Shown one piece after another: positions 30,735 to 39,838 of a stretch of DNA of 64,000 nucleotides. The position numbers and the translations under genes are program-made. The notes beneath the pieces are model-generated. The model did no database searches. It saw nothing but the letters and a program-made list of their open reading frames with translations, and was not told the DNA's origin. How positions within the stretch are numbered: the first letter of the stretch is position 1; every line of letters begins with the position of its first letter. The DNA comes from an uncultured Veillonellaceae bacterium (GTDB taxonomy: Bacteria > Bacillota > Negativicutes > JARBTT01), in assembly GCA_963805085.1 (NCBI GenBank), contig CAWDTA010000004.1, forward strand, positions 256,001-320,000. The letters run 5' to 3'.

Positions 30735-30760
30735 ACATACAGTTTGTTTCAGGGGAAATC

Positions 30761-30802
30761 AAAAAAGCGCATGCGAGGGTTTATCCAACCTACACATGCG
30801 CT
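30761..30802 (-). terminator. Intrinsic terminator
   Basis: AGCGCATG...CATGCGCT followed by a T-run on the minus strand. Confidence 0.7.
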
Positions 30803-30920
30803 ATGCTTCATCTTGATTGCATGCAGACGCTAAGCCTTCTGCTAAAACTTCAATCGTATTATACCAAGCGAACGGACTTATCTCCCTTGTAATCAAGGGA
30901 AAAGCACGGTATAATAAATT

Positions 30921-31014
30921 GTCGTCGTAGACAGCTAGCTGTTACGTGTAGGTGCTGACTCACCTGCTCGTGCCTGAGGGTGCTGGAACACTCTTAGGAC
31001 ACGGCGACTTTTTT
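30921..31014 (+). ncRNA. Candidate ~95-nt multi-stem antisense small RNA
   Basis: TTGTAA-N17-TATAAT promoter (30887-30915); closing stem GTCGTCGT/ACGGCGAC plus T6; internal stems CGTAGACAGC/GCTGTTACG, AGGTG/CACCT, GAGGGTG(CTGGAA)CACTCTT. Confidence 0.6.
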
Positions 31015-31171
31015 AATTTCCACCTATTATTAGTATATTACATTTCTTGGGGATTGCAAGCAAAAATAGGCCAAAACATGATTTTTTATGATGAAAATCA
31101 TGTTTTTTTATTGTGGTTTTTTAAATTATTGTAAGCGTGATAGGCTTTTTTTTGTTTGACCGCAAGAAATT

Positions 31172-31423
31172 TTAAAACAGGGGACAGGGATGGTGTTTTC
31201 TAAAAAAGAAATGAAACGCTATCCCTGTCCCCCTGTTTTCAGAAGCTTGGTTTTGTGCCAAAACCACTTGATTACCATAACCAGCGGCTTTAAAAGAGGC
31301 TAACGTTGCACAAACTGCAAACAATAAGGTACTAGCAGCAACCAATACATTTATCTTCTCTGTCCATTGCCTTACACGCTTATCAGCTTTTGTTTCTGTA
31401 GATAATTCAGTTTCTTTCTCCAT
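31172..31423 (-). pseudogene. Truncated DUF4337-like membrane protein
   Basis: VAASTLLFAVCATLASFKAAGYGNQVVLAQNQAS resembles the DUF4337 N-terminus; the last 22 codons are simply the translated palindrome. Confidence 0.6.
31174..31239. repeat. REP-like palindrome (GGGGACAG...CTGTCCCC type)
   Basis: AAAACAGGGGACAGGGATGGTGTTT...AAACGCTATCCCTGTCCCCCTGTTTT. Confidence 0.75.
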
Positions 31424-31659
31424 GAAAAGATCCTCCATAAATAATATAAATATCATTTTACTATCGAAGCTGAATTTGTCAATCAATCTTACTTATTTTT
31501 TCTATTATAAGTATTTACTTAGGTATTTTCATGCTACACAAATGCCAATAGAATAAACTATAAAATGAAAAGCCTCTTATCATTAAACAAAAATAGTCTA
31601 ATGATAAGAGGCTTTTCTAGTATATAGGATACAGTCTCAACTATGGTTATTTTTTATGA

Positions 31660-32151
31660 TTAGAATTTTACAGTAGCACCAACACCGAAGCCATTTTCGT
31701 TATGACCATGGTCTGGACTAAAGGAATGATAGTTTAAATTTAATTCAACATTGGATACTAAACCAACATTTGCACCAATTTGCGTTTCATTAAAATCACT
31801 GCCAGTAACAAAAGAAGCATAACCAGTTGCACTTGGTGTTAATGGTACATTTGCGGCAAGTCCTGCATAATAATTGGATTTGTAATTTAAATCTCTGTGA
31901 CCAACAATTGCACGTACATGATCTACTAGACGAATTTGTCCATAGATATCATCTTGGTTACCATACTCATCACGATCAGCCTTTTGATATCCTATAGTAA
32001 GGTTATCGGAAAATTGATGTTCTATATAATTTTCATTCGTGCCAACACCAATTGCAGTTTCTCCACTTGATAAATTATTGATAGGTGCAGCTGAAGCAAC
32101 CCCTGTAGTAAGCGTTAAAATAGCTGCAAATGTTAATATACTTTTTTTCAA
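31660..32151 (-). CDS. Small outer-membrane beta-barrel protein
   Basis: Signal peptide, alternating amphipathic strands, C-terminal GVGATVKF. Confidence 0.75.
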   Translation of the reverse strand: MKKSILTFAAILTLTTGVASAAPINNLSSGETAIGVGTNENYIEHQFSDNLTIGYQKADRDEYGNQDDIYGQIRLVDHVRAIVGHRDLNYKSNYYAGLAANVPLTPSATGYASFVTGSDFNETQIGANVGLVSNVELNLNYHSFSPDHGHNENGFGVGATVKF

Positions 32152-32441
32152 AATGAAATCCTCCTAAGTAGTTTTTATTCTATGACTAATCTGTTCTCAA
32201 CTTTCCATTTTAGAATATAAAGTTGATCGATTATACAAAAATAATACTATACCAAATATTATTTTTGTACAATGGGAATAATGGCCAAGTAATATTTAAG
32301 ACCGCTATTTACCGCAGTGTAGTATGTACCCTATAAAAATTATAGTATACAACTATTCTTTGAATTTTATAGGAGACCCGGCAGGACTTTTTTCCTATTT
32401 TTAGTTGATCAATAAATTCTATTATACCACATAAATAAGAT

Positions 32442-33566
32442 TTATACGATTTTCTTTTGAAATTTAATTACACTGATTGCTAAAGTAGCGATAATAAATG
32501 CAATCAGTGCCAAAGTCTGTGACCACAAGAAATTGATGCCGATTCCTTTTAAGACAATACCTCGCATAATTTCAAGATAAAACGTCAAAGGCAACAAATC
32601 ACCTAGCAAATAAAAAAATGTCGGCATAGCTTCTCTCGGAAACATAAAACCCGAGAGTAAGACACTTGGCATAAAGATAAAGAAAGACAGCTGCATTGCC
32701 TGCATTTGCGTTTGAGAAATTGTAGAAATCAATACACCTAACGTCAATGAAGCAACAATAAATAAAGAGGTCAAACCATAAAGCAAAGCAATACTTCCCT
32801 GTATTGGCAAATCAAAAACTAGAATACCAACAATTAATGCTAATGTAGCTTGCACATAGCCAACAAAAATATAAGGGATGATTTTTCCTAACATTAATTC
32901 ATATGATTTCATTGGCGTAACAATCAATTGCTCCAAAGTGCCACGCTCACGTTCCCGTACAATTGCCATTGAAGTAATCATTACCATCGTCATCGTCAAT
33001 ACAATCCCTAAAATTCCCGGAACCATATAAAAAGCCGATACAAAGTCTGGATTATACCATGGGCGAATGCGAATATCATACGGAGTGACCGTCGATTGCA
33101 CACCACTGTTTTGCATTTTTTTGACGATGATTTCCTGCGATTTGATCTGCCCGATCATTTGAGCAGTACTAATCGCTGAGGAAGCCGCTAATGAATCGGA
33201 TGCATCGACAATCACCTGCACCGTAGCACTACGTCCATGCTTAATATTTTCAGTAAAATCGGGTGGAATGATAATTCCTACTTTACTTTTGCCGCTTTCA
33301 ATCGCCTCTGTTACTTGTTGATAGTTCTGCGCAATATTTTTTACATCAAAATAACCACTTGCTGTAAATGAGTCTAATAAATCTCTGCTTTCCTGCTGCA
33401 AAGATTGGTCAAAGACAACCGTCGGCAGGTGTTTCACATCTGTATTGATTGCAAAACCAAACACCAAAAGTTGGATAATTGGCAATACTACCATCATACC
33501 AAAGGTCATACGATCCCGCTTCATTTGGATAAACTCTTTGATTAAAAGTGCTCTAAGTCGTCTCAT
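32442..33566 (-). CDS. ABC-2 type permease (YbhR/S-like)
   Basis: KEFIQMKRD, RERERGTLEQL, LLSGFMFP. Confidence 0.92.
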   Translation of the reverse strand: MRRLRALLIKEFIQMKRDRMTFGMMVVLPIIQLLVFGFAINTDVKHLPTVVFDQSLQQESRDLLDSFTASGYFDVKNIAQNYQQVTEAIESGKSKVGIIIPPDFTENIKHGRSATVQVIVDASDSLAASSAISTAQMIGQIKSQEIIVKKMQNSGVQSTVTPYDIRIRPWYNPDFVSAFYMVPGILGIVLTMTMVMITSMAIVRERERGTLEQLIVTPMKSYELMLGKIIPYIFVGYVQATLALIVGILVFDLPIQGSIALLYGLTSLFIVASLTLGVLISTISQTQMQAMQLSFFIFMPSVLLSGFMFPREAMPTFFYLLGDLLPLTFYLEIMRGIVLKGIGINFLWSQTLALIAFIIATLAISVIKFQKKIV

Positions 33567-34468
33567 TTGCTTAGCTCCTTTCGCTTGGATTTTACATAAT
33601 GAACAAAGACATCTTCTAGGGACGGAGCAATGATCTTATAGTTGTAATGAGCGAATTCTTCTAATTGTTCAACAAGAATCAATACATGAATACTTGTGCC
33701 ATAAGGATAGATATCTAATACAGAAATCTTTTTTTCCATAAAACTCTGAAGCATTTCCATCGGGTCGTCAGCGGGAATTTCTAATAAAACTCCAGTAATT
33801 TTCTTTTTCAAGTTGGCGGGAGTATCATTGGCAATCAGATTCCCATTATAAATAAAACCAATCTCATCGCAATGTTCAGCCTCATCCATGAAATGCGTTG
33901 TTACCATCACCGTCGTTCCAGCTACTGCTAGCTGATAAATGATATCCCAAAATAGCCGACGCGATTTTGGATCAACACCGCCTGTGGGTTCATCAAGAAA
34001 CAAAATTGGTGGTTTATGCAAAATCGAGCACCCCAATGCCAAACGTTGCTTCCAACCACCAGATAAATTTACAGTTAGTTCATTACGCCTGTTTTGTAAA
34101 CCTGCCATTTCGAGCATTTCTTCCATACGAATTTTTTTCTCCGCAGTATGTAGTTCATACATTCCCGCATAAAATTCTAAATTTTCCTGTACCGTCAAAT
34201 CATCATATAAACTAAATTTTTGGGACATATAGCCAATTTTTCTTTTAATAGCCTCTGCATCTCGCGCTAAATCAAGTCCCAAAATACTACCACTGCCAGA
34301 GGTCAGTTCCAAAATACCGCACAACATCTTAATCGTTGTGGATTTACCAGAACCATTAGGCCCGAGAAAGCCGTAGATACTGCCGGGTTTAATGGCTAAG
34401 CTAACATTGTTAACAGCAATAAATGAACCAAACTTTCTCGTCAAATTTTTCGTTTCTACTGCGTACAT
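33563..34468 (-). CDS. ABC-2 ATPase
   Basis: GPNGSGKST, LSGGWKQR, LDEPTGGVDP. Confidence 0.93.
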   Translation of the reverse strand: MYAVETKNLTRKFGSFIAVNNVSLAIKPGSIYGFLGPNGSGKSTTIKMLCGILELTSGSGSILGLDLARDAEAIKRKIGYMSQKFSLYDDLTVQENLEFYAGMYELHTAEKKIRMEEMLEMAGLQNRRNELTVNLSGGWKQRLALGCSILHKPPILFLDEPTGGVDPKSRRLFWDIIYQLAVAGTTVMVTTHFMDEAEHCDEIGFIYNGNLIANDTPANLKKKITGVLLEIPADDPMEMLQSFMEKKISVLDIYPYGTSIHVLILVEQLEEFAHYNYKIIAPSLEDVFVHYVKSKRKELSK

Positions 34469-34470
34469 TA

Positions 34471-35370
34471 TCAGCCCTCCTCATTAGCCATCGCCACAAA
34501 AGCATCTTCCAGTGTCGGGGAAATTTCTTCTAACGAGAAAATATCAATTTCTTGTGCTGCAAGCGCGCTCCTCACTGCTAAAATTGCTTCTAGCGGGTCA
34601 TCCACAATCAAATGATATTTATCACCAAACGCATTCATATCTCGCAAATTGCAGTTTTGTAAATATTTTTTTATATCTTTACGATTGGTTTGCAATTCCA
34701 AAACTTTATATGGATACTGATCACGCAACCCCTGTGGTGACTGACACGATACAATCTTACCATTATGCATAAACGCAATTCTATTGCATAATTCAGCTTC
34801 ATCCATATAAGGGGTTGAAACAAACACCGTCATTCCTTCTTTGTTTAAACTATACAGCATCTGCCAAAACTCCCGCCTGGATACTGGATCTACCCCTGTT
34901 GTCGGTTCGTCGAGAAAAAATAGTTTAGGTCGATGCATCAGACCTGCTGCCAAGGCTAATTTTTGTTTCATACCACCTGACAAATTATCTGCCAAACGAT
35001 CTTTAAATGGCAACAAACTTGTAAAAGTTAAAATTTCATTAGCAAGCTTTTCCACTTGGTTTGGTACTGATCCATATAAAGCCCCCATTAGACGAATATT
35101 CTCAATCACTGTAAGATCCCCATACAAACTAAATTTTTGCGGTACATAACCAATGTACTGCTTGATTGTTTCCAAGGATTGATTGCCCATTACGATAATG
35201 CGTCCAGTATTTGCCGCCAAAATACCAGTAATCATACGAATTACGGTCGTTTTACCTGCCCCATCAGGCCCTACCAGTCCGAATATTTCCCCTTCCTTTA
35301 CGGTCAGTGAAATATGATCTACGGCAACTGTCTGACCAAACTGTTTGGTTACGCCTTGCAGCTGAATCAT
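34471..35370 (-). CDS. ABC-2 ATPase
   Basis: GPDGAGKTT, LSGGMKQK, LDEPTTGVDP. Confidence 0.93.
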   Translation of the reverse strand: MIQLQGVTKQFGQTVAVDHISLTVKEGEIFGLVGPDGAGKTTVIRMITGILAANTGRIIVMGNQSLETIKQYIGYVPQKFSLYGDLTVIENIRLMGALYGSVPNQVEKLANEILTFTSLLPFKDRLADNLSGGMKQKLALAAGLMHRPKLFFLDEPTTGVDPVSRREFWQMLYSLNKEGMTVFVSTPYMDEAELCNRIAFMHNGKIVSCQSPQGLRDQYPYKVLELQTNRKDIKKYLQNCNLRDMNAFGDKYHLIVDDPLEAILAVRSALAAQEIDIFSLEEISPTLEDAFVAMANEEG

Positions 35371-36341
35371 TTTATCACCACATCTGCTGGCATACCTGGT
35401 TTTAAAATGCCCTCTGCATTATCAATTTGTACTTTAACCGCAAAGACCAAATTAGCGCGTTCACGCTGGGTAATACTTTGGCGTGGCGTAAATTCAGCAT
35501 TTTGACTAATTTCTTTTATTGTTCCCATAAATACTTTATCCGGAAAAGAATCAATAACAACATCTGCCTGCTGGCCAACTTTGATTTGTCCAAGTTGTGT
35601 GGACGATATATGTACCTTAACCCAACAATCATTCATGTCACCAACTGTAGCAATCGCTGCTCCAGCATTTACATATTCACCATCTTCAAAATTTTTTGTC
35701 AGAACCAAACCAGCGAGTGGGCTAGCAATCACCGTATCATCAACCTGTGTATGGCTCGCTTCGACAATTGCTTTATTCCGCTCTACTTCTATTCTTTGCG
35801 CTTCAATTTTATCTGGGCGATTTCCTTCTTTCACTAAGGCTTCATTTTCCTTAGCTGAATCCAAGGAATGATAAGCTACCTCATAGCTAGAACGGGCATT
35901 GTCAAGCTGCTGGGTTGCAATCGCACCTTGGGCATATAAAGCTTGATACCGCGCTAAATCAGCTTCTGCTTTTTCAAAAACTGACTCTGCTGATCCAACC
36001 GCCGCACTTGCTTGGCTCATCTCTTGACTACGTGCGCCTTTTTCCAAATCTCTTAGTTCTGCCTGGGCTTTCGTTAAAGCGGCTTCATCACGGAGCAATT
36101 GTGCCTTTAAATCGGGTCTAGCGATATAAAGTACAACTTGTCCAGCTTGCAACGCATCGCCTTCTTTCATTTTGAGTTGTGTAATATAACCACTCACCTT
36201 AGGCGTAATATCGACTCTCGTCACTTCGATTGTTCCAGTAGCATTGATTCCTGTTGGCTCACGATTATATAATTTATAACCTGCCGCACCGATAGCGATA
36301 ACTAAAATAACGACTAGCACAATGATTTTCGATTTACTCAT
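35367..36341 (-). CDS. HlyD-family membrane fusion protein (YbhG-like)
   Basis: N-terminal TM, lipoyl halves, coiled coil, AEFTP, LKPGMPADV. Confidence 0.9.
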   Translation of the reverse strand: MSKSKIIVLVVILVIAIGAAGYKLYNREPTGINATGTIEVTRVDITPKVSGYITQLKMKEGDALQAGQVVLYIARPDLKAQLLRDEAALTKAQAELRDLEKGARSQEMSQASAAVGSAESVFEKAEADLARYQALYAQGAIATQQLDNARSSYEVAYHSLDSAKENEALVKEGNRPDKIEAQRIEVERNKAIVEASHTQVDDTVIASPLAGLVLTKNFEDGEYVNAGAAIATVGDMNDCWVKVHISSTQLGQIKVGQQADVVIDSFPDKVFMGTIKEISQNAEFTPRQSITQRERANLVFAVKVQIDNAEGILKPGMPADVVIK

Positions 36342-36936
36342 AATTAATCCTCCTCACGCCATTTAAATAGATATTCACTGCCTGGATGACATATTTTTCA
36401 TCATGATCGACATTGTCAACTAAAAATTCTTTGGTTATTGGTCGCGCAATAAAATAAAAATTCATAATTCCTGCCAATGAAATACTAGCATAGGTCGGGT
36501 CAAGATCAGAGTTAAAATAACCTTCTTTTACTCCATCGGTAAATGCTTGAGAAATAAACTTAAAAAACCGCGAAATATATTTTTCGACAATGATTTTTAA
36601 AGCAAACGTAGGGTTCGTCAATTCACTATGCATAAATCGCATCAAATATGGTTTTTTTTTATGAACTGATAATATCATTTTTGCATAATACTGAATTCGT
36701 TCGGGTGGGGTTGCTTCTAGTTTTTCAAAAGCCTCCACCAACGTATCTGCTGGTGAAAATAGCTCTTCTAATACCCCTAAATACAAGCCATCTTTTCCAC
36801 CAAAGTAATAAGAAATAAGTGCACTATTGACATTTGCGGCTTCTGCTAATTCCCGAATTGAAACACCTGCTAATCCTTTTTCCGCCAACAAAGGAATCGC
36901 TGCTTCAATTAATTTTGTGCGAGAATTTTTCTCCAA
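36334..36936 (-). CDS. TetR-family regulator (CecR-like)
   Basis: SIRELAEAANVNSALISYYFGGK. Confidence 0.92.
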   Translation of the reverse strand: MEKNSRTKLIEAAIPLLAEKGLAGVSIRELAEAANVNSALISYYFGGKDGLYLGVLEELFSPADTLVEAFEKLEATPPERIQYYAKMILSVHKKKPYLMRFMHSELTNPTFALKIIVEKYISRFFKFISQAFTDGVKEGYFNSDLDPTYASISLAGIMNFYFIARPITKEFLVDNVDHDEKYVIQAVNIYLNGVRRINYE

Positions 36937-36960
36937 ATTAACCCCTCCTCTTAACTTTAA

Positions 36961-37005
36961 TTAATCGATTGATTAAATTGTAATACTAATTTATGGAATA
37001 GTCTA
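36961..37005 (-). promoter_or_regulatory. Promoter and TetR operator
   Basis: TAGACT-N17-TACAAT followed by the near-palindrome TTAATCGATTGATTAA over the start site. Confidence 0.65.
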
Positions 37006-37095
37006 GACTTTTTTACTAAAATAAACAGCTCCATTTATAATCCATTACAAACGGAGCTGTTAGAAGTTTATATTATTTTTATAAAAGCAAGTATC

Positions 37096-38517
37096 CTACT
37101 CTTTACTTTTTGCCGGAAATGCATACATCATAGCAATCATAAGAATGATTGTTAATAAAATCGCTGTTGATTGCGCGTTAAGAATCCCCAATCCTCTACC
37201 AGCATTACCAAACTGCAATACCACCGTGGTAATAATCCCAGTAATAGCGCAAAGGAATGCCGCGGTTGTACTAGGTCTCTTAGAAAAAAGTCCAAACAAC
37301 ATTGGTGCCGTTAAGGAAACCGACATTAAAGAATAAAAAATAGATAACGCTGAAATTACATTCGGCAGTATAATCGCCATAACGACCCCAATGATTCCGG
37401 CTACAATAGTAACAATTCGACTACTTTTCAAAAGTTCTTCATCCGAAATATCTGGCTTGATAAAAGATTTATAGAGATCTTTAGTAAAAGAAGAAGTAAT
37501 CATATATAATACAGCATCTGCCGCACTGATTTCAGCCGAAAAAATAGCCGCTAGAGCTAGTGCCGATGCCCAAAAAGGCATACACTCTTTCATGACAATC
37601 GGCAATGCCAAATCACGCTCTGTCAAATTAGGCACGACTACTGAAGCTGCCATTCCCAAAATTACTGGAATCACGGAAAAAGCCAGCATAACAAGACCAC
37701 AAAGCAATGTACTAATCAAGACAGTTTTCTCATTTTTGGCACCATATACCTTGCCGATAAGCCCTGGAGAAATAAAAAAAGATGGTGTCAACATCAAAAA
37801 GAACCCCATAATCGTCGTTAATCCCACACCATCAGTGCTAAAATAACTAGTAGTTTTCACCGCATCACCTAGATTTATGGCAACCTGCGCTTCTAAACCA
37901 CCCCAACCACCAACAAAATTCAAGACAAACGGCACAGCAATAAAAAAGCCGACCAACTTTACGGTCGCTTCAATAACATTGACATAAGCTGCCGCTAACA
38001 GACCACCAGCACAAAAATATAATACCACGACAACTGCACCAATCAAAATCCCAACGGGTTTTGTTACACCTGCAACAACGGATAAAATCCAAGCAATCCC
38101 CATTAGCTGTCCAGCAAAAATCGCAATTGTACCAATGGCCATCATCAGCGAAATCAAACCACGAAAATTTCGATTATACCGAAAATCTAGGTAATCACCT
38201 AATGTATAAAAATTATGTTTTTTCGCCAATCGCCAAATAGCTGGGCCAACAAAAATGGCCAATATAAACGTCCCTATTGCTGATGCAATAATCCACCAAA
38301 TTGCTGATATTCCTAGTTGATAGCCTAGCCCAGCTACACCAACGGTAGAACCAGCTCCAATATTCGGTGCAACCAAAGTGATAAATAAAAGTATCGGGCC
38401 AAACTTTCTGCCCCCTACAAAAAAGTCATCTGCGCCTTTCACACGTTTTCTCATAACCATCCCAACAGCGATCAAAAACAATGCATAAAGCGCAATGACC
38501 CAAACATATCCATTCAT
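37096..38517 (-). CDS. Sodium:solute symporter family protein
   Basis: DFFVGGR, TLGDYLDFRY, about 13 TMs. Confidence 0.9.
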   Translation of the reverse strand: MNGYVWVIALYALFLIAVGMVMRKRVKGADDFFVGGRKFGPILLFITLVAPNIGAGSTVGVAGLGYQLGISAIWWIIASAIGTFILAIFVGPAIWRLAKKHNFYTLGDYLDFRYNRNFRGLISLMMAIGTIAIFAGQLMGIAWILSVVAGVTKPVGILIGAVVVVLYFCAGGLLAAAYVNVIEATVKLVGFFIAVPFVLNFVGGWGGLEAQVAINLGDAVKTTSYFSTDGVGLTTIMGFFLMLTPSFFISPGLIGKVYGAKNEKTVLISTLLCGLVMLAFSVIPVILGMAASVVVPNLTERDLALPIVMKECMPFWASALALAAIFSAEISAADAVLYMITSSFTKDLYKSFIKPDISDEELLKSSRIVTIVAGIIGVVMAIILPNVISALSIFYSLMSVSLTAPMLFGLFSKRPSTTAAFLCAITGIITTVVLQFGNAGRGLGILNAQSTAILLTIILMIAMMYAFPAKSKE

Positions 38518-38545
38518 TGCCTATTCCTCCCCTACGACAAAACGA

Positions 38546-39157
38546 CTACATCGTGATTAAACTTACTATCCCAAAGCTGGCAATAATAAAACCAGAAAAC
38601 TGATTTACATATTTAAGCTTTTTCGTATCAAAGCTTGCTCGAAGTGCATTTACCGTTCCACTTAATAGTAGCCACCAAAGCATCGAACCGAGAAAAACGC
38701 CAAAAACTAAGAATCCAGCGAGTGTATAGCTTTCCCCAGTCGTACCTATCCCGAGTCCGGCAAAAACCGCCGCAAAAGACATGATCGTCATCGGGTTCGT
38801 CAAGGTTAGGAAAAATGCTGAAGTATAAGCACCGAAAATGCCTTTACCACTCGTTTGCGCCGCTGTTTCCGCGGGAATTGACCGATATGTGGTATAGCCC
38901 AAATAAAGTAAAAACAAACCACCAAGAAAACGTAGATAAAATTGATGATCGAATAAAAAATCAGAAATAATCGTAACCCCAAACGCTGCGATGCAGCCAT
39001 ACATCGCATCAGCAGTTGCTGTTCCTAGCCCCGAAAGCACACCAGTGAACATGCCCTTTGCTAAAGTGCGCCGAATACATAGGACGCCAATTGGACCTAC
39101 TGGAGCCGCAATAGAAGATCCTAGAATTATTCCTTTCATAAAAAAGATCAATTCCAT
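38546..39157 (-). CDS. LysE/RhtB-family exporter
   Basis: IAAPVGP, LTLTNP. Confidence 0.9.
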   Translation of the reverse strand: MELIFFMKGIILGSSIAAPVGPIGVLCIRRTLAKGMFTGVLSGLGTATADAMYGCIAAFGVTIISDFLFDHQFYLRFLGGLFLLYLGYTTYRSIPAETAAQTSGKGIFGAYTSAFFLTLTNPMTIMSFAAVFAGLGIGTTGESYTLAGFLVFGVFLGSMLWWLLLSGTVNALRASFDTKKLKYVNQFSGFIIASFGIVSLITM

Positions 39158-39164
39158 CTTAAAA

Positions 39165-39623
39165 TTACCCTCTTTCAACTTTGATCGGTAATACTGGAGT
39201 TTCCTTAACCGTGGATAAAATGATCGTAGTCCGAGTTTTCATCCCTGATAAAGATTTAATTTTTTCACTTATTAAAAGTTCAAGATCACGAGTACCTGAA
39301 CAACGCACTTTAAGAATATAGTCTTCTTCACCTGCTATGTGATGACACTCTAATATTTCTGGCAGGTTATTTACCATAGTTAAAAACTCTTTTCTCTGCT
39401 CGGTTCGTTCTAATGTTACAGAAATTAAAGCAGCTAATCCACAGCCAACCTCGTCTGGATTGATTAATGCTGCATAACCTTTGATAATCCCCATTTCTTC
39501 CATCTTATGTACCCTATCAGCCGCAGCAGGAGCTGATAGCCCGAGAAGTGCTCCTAATTCGGCCCAACTTGTACGAGCCTTTTCCATAAGGTGTTTAATC
39601 GCTTTCAAATCGTTACTATTCAT
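39165..39623 (-). CDS. Lrp/AsnC-family regulator
   Basis: HTH plus ECHHIAGEEDY RAM domain. Confidence 0.93.
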   Translation of the reverse strand: MNSNDLKAIKHLMEKARTSWAELGALLGLSAPAAADRVHKMEEMGIIKGYAALINPDEVGCGLAALISVTLERTEQRKEFLTMVNNLPEILECHHIAGEEDYILKVRCSGTRDLELLISEKIKSLSGMKTRTTIILSTVKETPVLPIKVERG

Positions 39624-39719
39624 GTTAAATAACCACCTTTTGCAAAGTTATATACAAATAATACATTCGTTTTAAATCATTGTCAATATTTCTTTGTAAA
39701 ATAAAGTTAATTATAGAGA

Positions 39720-39790
39720 TAATAAAATCCGTACCAATCTGCTTCATACATTGCGTATTCCAGCGGATTTTGGTACGGATTTTTATTATC
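39720..39790. terminator. Long stem-loop after the aminotransferase gene
   Basis: AATAAAATCCGTACCAATCTGC...GCGGATTTTGGTACGGATTTTTATT. Confidence 0.7.
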
Positions 39791-39838
39791 TCATAACCAT
39801 TCTTGCCTCATTTAATAAACCGAATACTTCTTACATAG

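Noticed and set aside
30801-30941. Minus-strand open frame QLAVYDDNLLY...NQDEA ending at the terminator
   Set aside because: No start codon with a properly spaced RBS; treated as non-coding.
29950-31240. CRISPR array or tRNA in the hairpin-rich island
   Set aside because: The hairpins are all different, with no direct repeat-spacer periodicity and no tRNA D/anticodon/TTCGA arrangement or CCA end.
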